Below, piece by piece: positions 36,135 through 47,100 of a stretch of 57,392 nt of DNA. Made by a program: the position numbers and the translations under genes. The DNA is taken from contig ML992510.1 of assembly GCA_010093995.1 (NCBI GenBank), positions 861,127 through 918,518 on the forward strand, written 5' to 3'. The DNA is from Elsinoe ampelina (taxonomy: Eukaryota). The notes below the pieces were generated by a model. It did no database searches. It was given only the letters and a program-made list of their open reading frames with translations, and was not told where the DNA came from. How positions within the stretch are numbered: position 1 is the first letter of the stretch; each line of letters starts with the position of its first letter.

Positions 36135-36292
36135 GAGAATGATTCATTAGGAATAGATGAGTTCCAACTCCTTAGTGTATGTTGCCGGTTCCTGTTTATA
36201 GGTTTTGGAGATTTCGTAATGTCCTTTCGATGCGCCTGGTATTCATGCTATGCTTGGGTCCGTGTACCCTGATTCTGTCGATTTCGTGTTGT

Positions 36293-36756
36293 TTATTTGC
36301 CTTCTGGCCGGCCGTGATGTGTCTCCCACCACTTCTCGGTCAACTTGTTTGGCTGGACTCAGTCAGCATGAGACTTGTCATTCGATACATGTACGACTTA
36401 CATATTCTGGATGCGGCTTCTGGTCGGAAACGTTGTTCTTGTAGTGCTCGGATGGCAAACCTCTACCGTTTATCTGGTTGGGCTCATTTAGCTTCGAGTT
36501 GCCTATCAAGTGTCAGCGGCAAGAGTACTTACTGGCTTGGTCCGACGTCTTTTTCAGATGTACCTCGTGGTGTCGCTACACCTGGAGTGTGCTTGGTGGT
36601 GCCTCCTCCGGCAGACCAGCGGTCTTCGATCTGCTTGACACCTGGTGTTACCATAGGGTTGAGCTTCGCGGCTGAGCTGCGAGGGATGATGAAGTAGGCG
36701 GCGAGGCCTGTAGCGCCGGCAATGGCGAGGTTACGTCGGTTGAATGGACCGCTCAT
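36293..36756 (-). CDS. Small 3-exon hypothetical protein with an N-terminal hydrophobic segment
   Basis: Two GT-AG introns with CTGAC branch sites give MSGPFNRRNLAIAGATGLAAYF...TPGVKQIEDRWSAGGG...TPRGNSKLNEP...DQKPHPEYPNKLTEKWWETHHGRPEGK*. Confidence 0.65.
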
Positions 36757-37422
36757 TGTTGGATTACAGTGGTGTGGTTGTGAGGGATGATTGTGGTAGG
36801 TATTGGGGTAGAGAGATTGAGCGGTAAGAGATGAATAGAGAATAGGAAAGGAAAAAGCGAGACTCTAGAGTACCTCACTCTGCTCATGCTGTGATGCAGA
36901 TGCAGCTCAGTTTACCAAAATGACGACATGATCAAGATCTTCATTGTTCGGGCCTGGATCCGGGGCCGATCTGATCTTTTTGGCGTGGAGAGATCGTTCC
37001 ACGATGTCACTGGCGCTTTTAAGGTTGACGATTGGGTCCGATGAGAGACCGCAAATCGTAGGAGGCGTGAGATTTGTTAGTTTCTGGCATGTACCGTGTC
37101 GTGTTGATGTTGGATGTAAAGTTGGACATTTTCTCACATGTAAATTTCACATGTGATTGAGCGGGATGCGGCGGGAGATGCAAGTCGAAGCGGCACGGCA
37201 AGCAGCTTGACAGTGAGAGTGAGCTGTTGAGCCGCAAGCCAGGGGGAAACTCCTTTGCTGTCCTTGGCAGAATCTTGATGAAGACCTCCTCGTTCAACAT
37301 TTCTTGGACACGCGACCTGCTTTATGCCATTCTCTTCTGTCGCTCCCTAATCACCACTCAGCAGTAGCTTCCCACTATCTCTTTCACATTGCTTGACTCC
37401 TTCAAAACCCCGGCAATGAGAG

Positions 37423-38853
37423 ATGGATGGAGACCCAGCTGTCGAGGATGAGCTGGACTCGTTCAGTCTATTCCTGCCCCTGCCCTTTCGAGTCGGCTTG
37501 ATCATCGTGCTTGGTGAGTCAATGTGAAGGCAAAAGTGAGACCAGTGCTGATGATTGGAAGGCATCTGGGCATGGGGTCTCAACCTGCACTACCTTCGAG
37601 CAATCCGCATTGTACGACGGAACCAACGAAGCATCAAAGCGGTGGACACTGACAAACGCAGGACGTACCTTCCTTGATACGATACCCAAGCCGTTCATCA
37701 CCTACCGAGCCAACCCATCATCTCTCCACTTACCGCCTTGCGACGCTGCTCACAATCCCTCTCGCCGCCTGCCTCCTCCTCTTCTGGACCCTCACTCGTG
37801 GCGATTCGGAAGCTGCAGTCGCCTGGGAAATACTGCCGAACATATACCTTCTTCTTCTCGTCATCGCTTTCGCCATACCCTTCCAGTTTGCGTCTCGATC
37901 TGGTCGGTATCGAACTCTTGCGACACTCCGGCGCATTTCCGTTGGAGGAATAGCGGAGGCGCAAGATGGGAAGTTCGGGGATATCCTGCTGGCTGATGCC
38001 TTGACATCGTATGCAAAGGTGCTTGGAGACCTCTTTGTGTCGCTGTGCATGTTCTTCACACCAGGAAAGAGCTCGACTGGAAGGCCGGATAGAAACTGCG
38101 GTGGGCAATATCTGGTGCCCTTTGTGATTGCCATACCCAGCATGATTCGGCTTCGCCAGTGCTTGATCGAGTATCTGAGGGTGAAAAGAGCGAATGAGAA
38201 GACAGGGACGATTGGACCGCAGGGATGGGGTGGCCAGCATCTGGCGAATGCTCTAAAGTACAGCACCGCTTTCCCAGTGATCATCTTGAGTGCGCTCCAG
38301 CGTGGTTACGATCCGGCGAAGATCCACATGTCGGAGGCCGGGCTCTTCAGGCTATGGTAAGTGAGCCGACAGTGAGTCTCGTCGCATGCTAACCGTCGAC
38401 AGGCTCTTCTTCGTGTTCCTCAACTCGTTCTATTCCTTCTACTGGGATGTGGCGAAAGATTGGGACCTCTCGCTCTTTTCATCAGCTCGTGAGCGCAACG
38501 ATCCAGAACATCCGTTCGGTCTTCGCAAGCATCGGTATTTCCATGTCCACGAGATCTACTATACCGTCATCTTCATCGATTTGATGTTGCGATGTACCTG
38601 GAGCTTCAAGCTATCGCCTCACCTAGACCACTTTAACGACCTCGAAGGTGGAATATTCCTTATGGAGGCATTAGAAGTCTTCCGAAGGTGGATCTGGATT
38701 TTCTTTCGTGTGGAAACAGAGTGGGGTGAGTAAAATGACATGTGATGCGACGGCGAAGTGATGGCTGACCATGCGACAGTGCGGAATCACAAAGGCCCGG
38801 CGCCAACAGATGTGCTGCTCAACGACATTACCACGCCCTACGACGACGATTGA
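37423..38853 (+). CDS. ERD1: EXS-domain protein (ER protein retention), 5 exons
   Basis: Spliced LPFRVGLIIVLG/IWAWGLNLHYL, FGDILLADALTSYAKV, RLRQCLIEY, HLANALKYS, YSFYWDVAKDWDL, EVFRRWIWIFFRVETEW; no SPX domain. Confidence 0.87.
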
Positions 38854-39941
38854 GCGAGGTAAACAAGACTCTCTTTGTAATTCTGATAGCGTTCAAGCGA
38901 AAGACGTGGTGCGATACCACCAGATACACCCTCACCAATGCATACCTCCTTGCCTTCATCCTGCACAAGTGCCCACCCAGGTCCTACAAAGTATATATTC
39001 CAATCTACCCCTGTCCTCCCCCAACGAAATTCAGAGGACCGTCCGAAGTACTCTCAGAGTCGGACGCGTGTGGTCTGGTCGCAACGCGCACGCAACGGGA
39101 TGTTGCCGCACCGCGATTTGAAATTCGTCAAACCTCCGCAGTCATAAAAGACACGGTTGCGATCACGTTCGTCGCATGTAATATGGTTTGGGGGCAGTCA
39201 CGGCAAGCAGGGTGACGATCTGTGAGTCTTGGTCGGTTCAGGTGCTCTTTTTGCCTTTTGAAGGGGAGAGGGTGGATGTTGGTGTTGGCGTGGGATTGGG
39301 AGAGAAGCGGTGGGGGGATGATGTTGTCGATGGGGGGCGGAGGGAGGGGCGGAGAATGGGCGGGCATAGGCTTGGTATGGCCTGCGTGGGAGCGGGGGAA
39401 AAGGGGTTTTGGGTTCGAGTTCGGGTTGGGTCGAAACTTTTTGATTCGAGAACGCCATACGCCTTACTGCGATCTATGGCATATATGGCGGCGCTGCCGA
39501 TGAGATGGTCGACAACAAGGAAAGCGTCGCACATAATCAAGCCGGAGAGCAGCTAATACGTCCAGCGAAATGGGTGTCCTCTTCTCCGCCCAACTTACCA
39601 CACCGTATTCCACTCAAAACGCTATGAACCGTGGCATGGCAGTACTGTCATTTCCCAGTCTTGGTATGCGCGGGTCAATAAGTTGAGGTTGCTTCCAGCC
39701 GCACGCCGCGCGGAACATCGTGCATGTCACCTGCATGCGTCTGGCGCTGCCCACCCGGGGCTGAGCGAGACGGTCACACGAGTCTTGGTCTTTTCTCGAA
39801 ACTGGTCTTGCCTTCTTTACACTTCCCCTTGGTCCTACTGCGTATTTGTCGGTGGCGGCGGCGGAGGCATCAGTCGCCTGTGCTACAGATTGCAAACAAC
39901 TTGGAACTCCTCCTCACAATACTGTGTGACCACGAACAATC

Positions 39942-42794
39942 ATGGCCTCGCGTACAATACGATCAACAGGCGATTTCACCATCGCCGTGGTGTGTGCCCT
40001 GCCGTGCGAGATGGCCGCTGTTCTCGCAATGCTCGACGAAGAATACAAGGATGTACACGCCCCATCCAATGACGACAATCGTTACAATTTCGGTCGCATA
40101 GGCTGCCACAACATTATTATCGTGTGCTTGCCTGCTGGATCCATTGGAAAGTCCAACGCCGCTGTCGCCGCCGAGTCACTCAAGAGAAGCTTCCCCATCG
40201 ACTTTGCACTTCTAGCCGGCGTAGGGGGTGGCGTACCTAGTCAAATATTCGACATCAGATTAGGCGATGTTGTGATCAGCCAGCCCTATGGCAAGGATGG
40301 TGGGCTTGTACAGTGGGACTTCGGCAAAAGAGAGACGGGGAATACCTTTAGACGAACTGGGGCACTCAACAGCCCTTCCAGGAAGGTTCTCAACACGCTT
40401 TCTGCATTGCAGACTAGGCATGCACTGCAGGGCGATTCCCTCAGCGAGCATCTAGAACATGCGAAGAGGGGATACCGAAACATCCAAGCGCTCTTCTCAC
40501 CTCCCAAGAATGAGCCAGATGAGCTATACGAAGCAACTTATGAGCATCCTGGCGGCCAGACATGCACTCTGTGCACCAAGAGCAGATTGGTAGAACGTCC
40601 TACTCGGACTAAACGAGGACCCGCCCTGTTCTACGGACTGATCGCTTCAGGCGATCAAGTCATGAAAGACGCTCTTGTTAGGGATAGCATTGCAAGAGAT
40701 GAGGATATTATGTGTTTCGAAATGAAGGCTGCTGGCGTCGCAACCGCCATACCATGTCTCGTCATTCGTGGCATATGTGATTATGCCGATTCTCACAAAG
40801 CAAAGGCGTGGCAACCATACGCGGCCGCTACTGCAGCTGCCTTAGCCAGAGAATACTTGCTGTTCTTGCAGCCGAGCCCTCGTATTTATGAGTCGGCTTC
40901 CCCATCCTTTTCCCAAGTCAGCTCCAGGTCTCGGCCCATGGCTTCTCGCCGTGATACACCGTCTAGCGCGAGTACCAGAATGGAAGACAACCCACGGCCC
41001 CGGTCGCCCGATCCACCACCATACGACGAGGTACTCATACCGCATCGACACCGTGTCCCACTTGATCAGAGTCCGGTGGAGCTCTCGGCTGCAGCACTTC
41101 CAAGGCACATCTCCAACAACTCGGGTGCTGGAACTCGTGCACGTTTGAGTCCCGGTGCGCGTGGGAACCAGTCTTCATTAGTGCCACCGAGGCGACCCCG
41201 CCCTCAGAATGGAAGCCCTGCAGTGGCGAACCTTGCGGTGGATCAGGATCTGCTGGCGACCATGAAACAGCCGTCGGAAAGTGACGATCGGCACCAGGAT
41301 CTATACACTTGGACCACATGCCCGTGGATCAAAGCGGCCAGGTTTAGGAGTCTTGGGACACTGCAGGAGCTGTGGAAATGCGGTGCAGTTGCTCTTGTAT
41401 CAATGACCGTCACGAGGAGATAATCTGCATTGTTCTGAGGAACGGAGACGTGCAGATGGCTGACTGGCTGCTCAAAGTCAAACCTGACTACCTCCGCAAG
41501 AGGCCTTATCCAACCGAGGAGCTGTTGGCCTTTGCAGTCCGTACTAGTTGTCAAGTCCAGATGATCGAGCTCTTGATACGCCATGGTGCCGATTTCGATG
41601 CATATATTCAGGATACAGGCCGGAAACCGCTGCACCTCGCTTGCGAATCCGGCAATATTGAAGCCGCCGAGCTGTTCCTGGGTCTGGGTGTCAATGTGAA
41701 TGAACGGAGAAGGCGGCATGACGGATCAGCCTTGCATCTTGCGCTGTACTCCAAAGATGCCGAGCTGGTCGAACTTCTTATCGATCATGGAGCTGACGTC
41801 GATCTTAACATTTCGCATCACGCCCACCAGGAAGCCCTCAAGGCCAGAGGAACTCCTACCGACAAGACTGAGTCCTGCCAAACAGAATATCTCGACGCAA
41901 AGGGGTTTCCTACCTCTAAGAATGTTGGGATTGCGACTGACATTGGGGAAGTCACACCACTGTCTATAGCGATCAGCTGTAACGATGTTGCTTCTATGAT
42001 GCTTCTGGTGCGTTCTGGCGCAAGCCTTGGCTGGTACGGATTCAATTATGATAAAATGGAGCGGGTCGACTACTGGGAAGGGGACGATCACTGGGAAGGG
42101 AACAATTACTTTCAACAGCTATCTGCGATGGGTCTTGCTGTATATTACGATAAAGCGGAAGCTGTTGAGGCTCTACACAAGCATGGCGTGTCAATCAGTG
42201 GGCGCTGCAGTCAAGGACAAACACCGCTCTCGATTGCCACACTGAGAAGAAATCACGTCATGATTGCATGGCTGCTTGAGAGGGGCGCAGATCCGTCCGT
42301 CCTCTGTGACAATTCGAATTCGAAGACAGGGCATACATGGACAAGTTTTACACATGGCAACGATCTTCCATGATTCTAGCGCGCTGAAAGCACTGATCCG
42401 TGCAGGCGTGTCCCTGGACTTGCTGGACAGCAGAGGAGAGACCCTGTTTCACGTTGGCTTCAGCTGGAGAAACAAACGCCCCGGGAGCCTGCAACATTCA
42501 AAAGACTTCGAGATGCTGCAGTTGTTACTTGACAGAGGAGCTGATATCAATGCGAAGATGGCGAATGGCCATACGGTTCTTTCTGATGCTGTCAGGGACT
42601 TCGATCACGACACTGCGAGAGATGTTGAATGGCTCCTTGCCCGTGGTGCTGACCCAATGCAGGTGGAGATGCCGCATCACTTGCTGGAGAGAATCGCTTT
42701 CTACACTATGAGTAAGAGTATCAGGCTGGTCATGAAAGCACAGAAGGGTAGTTCGAGCAACATACCCAAAATTGAGGGAAGTACCACGAGCTGA
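39942..42794 (+). pseudogene. PNP_UDP_1 (nucleoside phosphorylase-like) plus ankyrin-repeat gene, split over three frames
   Basis: DFTIAVVCALPCEMAA, GVGGGVP, DIRLGDVVIS, IRGICDYADSHK...WQPYAA (fungal Pfs domain); ankyrin motifs GRKPLHLAC, GSALHLA, GQTPLSIA, LLDRGADIN; frame changes near 41385 and 42330. Confidence 0.72.
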
Positions 42795-43118
42795 TGTACT
42801 AACCCCGTCCATTTCTCGCAGTACTGACTCTTCGAATCGTACGTCTTTGGACAAGCCGAGCCCGTCCCATGCAACAGCGGTCGACATTCATTAGTGATCT
42901 TGCCGTTGAGGGCGCATGGAAGATCTAAGTTGCTCGTGTCGCAAACGTCGAAGCAAGTCCCGTGGTCCGACCTGAAATCATGGTCAATGATGAACGACGA
43001 CATTGCAAGCTTTCGCATAGAGAAAGTATGCTCGAGTGCACGCAACGAGACCTCCAAGAGCTTCTGCCACCAGAATGCAATACCTCTGCTAATGAACCTT
43101 TCATTCGCTTACTTCGGC

Positions 43119-43799
43119 TCATGCTCTTATTTGGTCTTGGTATCGTTTGAGCTCCTCAATAGCCAACCTCGTCGCCTCCACAATCACCTTCCACTCCGTA
43201 GCATGTATCCTCTCCTCCAACTCCTCCACCCCTTCCCCCTTCTTGATCTCCACCTCCCTCACCAATATCGGCGGACCCATGTCCACTTCCGGTATGACAT
43301 GATGCACCATGACCCCTGTCCCCTCCACCTCCCCCTTCTGAAACGCCTCATGCGCCCTCTCAATCGCGTGCGTCCCGTTGAACATGCCCGGCAGTGCAGG
43401 GTGGAGGTTAATCACCGGCACACCCGCGTCTTTCAGCGGACTCAGAAACGTCGGCGCGAGGATATGCATCCATCCCGCACAGACCACAATATCCGGTTTG
43501 TCTTCGAGGACCAGCTTCGCGAGGTCCTTGTCGTACTCTTCCCGTGCCTCGTTGAACTTCCCCTCTGCGCCAGCGGGGTCGGGGAAGCGCTTCTTGTACG
43601 CGACGAGATTATGGTAAGCGGTAGGGATGGAGGCTTTCTCAGCTCGTTGCAGACCGAAGGCGCTTTTGCGATTGGAAATCACGCGGACGATTTGTGCGTT
43701 GGGGAGGGAGGGGGTATTGGTTGCGTCGATGAGGGCTTGGAGGTTGCTGCCGCCGCCTGAGATGAGGACTGTGATGCGCGCCGGGGATGGGGAGGACAT
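43119..43799 (-). CDS. ADE8: Phosphoribosylglycinamide (GAR) formyltransferase
   Basis: ITVLISGGGSNLQALID, CAGWMHIL, INLHPALPG, GVMVHHVIPEVDMG, RIHATE; likely ATG at 43799. Confidence 0.93.
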   Translation of the reverse strand: MSSPSPARITVLISGGGSNLQALIDATNTPSLPNAQIVRVISNRKSAFGLQRAEKASIPTAYHNLVAYKKRFPDPAGAEGKFNEAREEYDKDLAKLVLEDKPDIVVCAGWMHILAPTFLSPLKDAGVPVINLHPALPGMFNGTHAIERAHEAFQKGEVEGTGVMVHHVIPEVDMGPPILVREVEIKKGEGVEELEERIHATEWKVIVEATRLAIEELKRYQDQIRA

Positions 43800-44149
43800 G
43801 GTCGGGCTGGGTAGGGACCAATGCGCGGTTGCGCAGAGGTGGTGGGTGAGTGTTTCGCGGTTTGTGGTGGGCTTTACATTTTTTTCTCGAATGGATGGTG
43901 GGGAGGGAAAGTGACGTCCGCAGTTGAGGCCTGCTGTGCGGGAGAGTGGGTTGCCAAGAGAAGTTGCCGTCGAGAGGCGGCGAGGTGATGATGTATTTGA
44001 ATGCATTTCTAAGCCGAATCTGATTTTGTGTATATTTGTCCTCACTCAAGGCAAAGGTTGTGCAGCATCTCTGGAGTTCTGGTTAGACGGTGTCATACTA
44101 AAATTCGTGGATATCATGACAGCACGATAGATCCCATCTTCACATCACC

Positions 44150-47100
44150 ATGGCTTCATCCGAGCAATCTCCGGAGGCCAAAGAGCTCTCCTTGATCGGC
44201 AAGGTTGAGCTCAGGATTGCACTAGCAGACACGGACGAGAAGCTGCAAAGTAGCTTGAAGACGTACCTGGCCCCTCTACTGCTCAAACTCGCCTCGCCAC
44301 ATGCAAGTGTCAGGAACAAGGTCATCTCAGTATGCAGTCACATCAACACTCGGATTAAGCCAGATACGATCAAGTTACCGGTCCAGGCGCTAGTAGAGCA
44401 GTTCAGGGCGCAGAATAATGTCCCTCTCATCCGGCACTTCGATTTGTCCTACATCCACAAGGGCGTCCCCCGTCTGTCAGCAGTAGAGAAGGCCGAGCTC
44501 TTTCCCGTCATCATCAAAGGCATTGCTTCAAGTGGAAAGACTTCACCGGAGCATGCCTCCCAAGTGATGAATCTGGTTTTCCAGCTGGTGGAGTACTTCA
44601 ACTTTCCGAGCAGAGGCACTGAGCAGGACGCCCAATTGAGAGCAAAGCTGGAGCTAAGCGACGAGGATGCATCGTATCTTGCGTCGTGGTTCGGCAAGCT
44701 TCTCCTCTTCGTTCCGATCAAGAAGGCTCAAGGTCAGAAGCCATCATGTCCAGGGCTGACGCAAGACGAGTACTCTTTTCTGGCTTTACAGGACAAGGGA
44801 GACACATGGACGCCTGGTTCAGGAACGGGATTGAATCTGACGCAAACGAAGGCAAAAGTGGCGAAGTTATTGGCAAGCGGAATCTTCACGGACAAGGAGC
44901 GATTCTTCCCTGCATTGTTTGCTTCGGCAGATCCAGCCTCGGCGATCTCGGACGCTGGTGAGGACATGATGAAGCGGACGGTACCGAACACAGACTTTGA
45001 AGACTCAGAACTCGTTAGGGAGCTTTTTGTGTACTTTTTCGGTCAAGATGATGTGAAGGGGCGACAGAAGGCGAGAGCTCCACTGCGCTTGAAGATTCTG
45101 GGACTGCTTTCGAAGTCTTTGGCGAGCACTACCTTCACAACCGAGATCATCAAAATGGTGGATGAAGGATTGACAAATCCAAATCAGAGCGGTGGACCAG
45201 ACGCCATGGACATAAACCCTCCGTCTTCCTTCGCAGCAGTACAGCAGATCTCCTCGCAGCTCTCATCCTCATCGAGCAGCAAATCGAAAGGTGGTCTCGA
45301 ACTTGCCAAATTCAGAGCCGCCTTGTTTTCGTATATCAACTTTGTCGCACGACACGGCAAGCAGGAGTCTCTACATGCCATCGCTCCAAGAGTGCTTACT
45401 CGATTGCGAGACTTTGTCGAAGAACAAGGCTGGCCGAAAGCAGCCTCGGTTACGTCGCAGCAGGAGCTCGAATCCAGAGGGTATGCTTACGAGGTCATCG
45501 GTCTTCTTGCAAAGGCTGGACCACCTGATCTTGTGATTGAGCCGAACCTTGACGCCCTCCGCTGGCTGTTCAGATCACTTGCGTACGACAAATCGAGCAG
45601 CGCTCTAATTGTCAGTATCGAAGGTGCACTATCCACAGTCTTGACTGCATTCTCGAGGAAGCCGATTCCGCAGGGGACGGCACAAGCACTCGAGCAATTA
45701 CTTCTCACACAGATGCAAGAGTCCGCAGAAGCAGCAAAGGATCCCGAAAGCGATCGTCGGAGCACCAGATATGTGGCTGTCCGGTTTGCGAACAGGTGCT
45801 TACCATTCTCCTCGGTCCGAGCGAGGGGTATCGATCTGCTTGCTGTAGGCGCTGGCCTCAACGACCGACCAGAAGTGATAGAGGAAGGTCAGCGAGGCTT
45901 GAGTCCATATTGGTACCGCATGCTCAACGGATCACTCTCGGAGTCTGACAGCCTAGTCTTCCCGAAATTCGAGGAGCTTATGCGATTTGTCTTCCATGAG
46001 CTATCGTATGGTGGACAAACAGTCTCGGAAGATCTACCTTTCTCAACACTGATCGATCATCTACGGGAAGCGCAAGGCAGTGTCTTTGCTGACGCCATCC
46101 TCTTCTGCCGCCTGATCCTGCTCAATGAGATTCTTCATCCTGGTTCTTCGGGCACTACAACTGCAGATAGTGAATGGGAGCGCAAACTCAATGTCTCCGT
46201 CGATACTGATGTTGAAATCCGGAGCAAAGTCAGAGATGCGCTACGGAATAATAGCAGTCCTTTCGTGGAACTACTATTAGCTGCATTCGCCGACCCGGTC
46301 ACCTCAAAACTTCCCTTACCACCTTCTTCGAGCGCAGCAGAAGTGCCTGACATGTTTGTTGACTTCTGCGCTATCCTACCAGACGAGCTTGTCGGTAAAG
46401 TCGCACCGCAGTACAAGCTGCTTCTGCCAAACATACTTTCCAACAATCATGCCTTGCGAACGAAATCAGCGCGAGCCTTTGGTATCCTCGCTTCACATCC
46501 AGTCTCGCAGAAGCATGGGGCAGAAGTACAGCAGCAGCTGTCAAGTCTGGTCGAGAAGGTCAGCATCTACGAGAAAGCCGTGGGAGCACCTGCGAATCAA
46601 GTTCACGGTGCAACATCGGCACTGGCATACTACTACAGCAGGTACTGCTTACGATCCAGCTCTACGTATTTCACGGGCGAAGACACCTTTAAGACCTACT
46701 TCAGCTACATCACCACCATGCTTACCTCAGTCAACGACAAGGAGCTTAAGAAAGCCGCCTTCACAGCAATTGGAGAACTCAGTCTCTACCAAGTCATCAA
46801 GCCCGAGTCATTCAAAGACCTCGACGCACTCAAGAGGATCATCGATGCAATCGCCGACTTTGCAAAGACAGGCGATGAGCAAGCCGCCATCGCCCTGGGT
46901 CGCATCGCAACCATCTTGCCCGAACCCGAGAACACAGAAGCATTCAAACCATCAAAGTCCACAACCACCGAACCACCACCTTTGACTTCCCCCTCAGATC
47001 TCCTTCCCCACATCTTCACCCGCCTGCATGCCCTCCATGAGATCCGCACCGCCGAATCCCACTTTTCCGTCGGCGAAGCTCTCACCACACTCGCCGTCTC

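Noticed and set aside
39411..39460. GGTTCGAGTTC B-box-like motif suggesting a tRNA
   Set aside because: No T stem, acceptor stem or A-box can be formed around it
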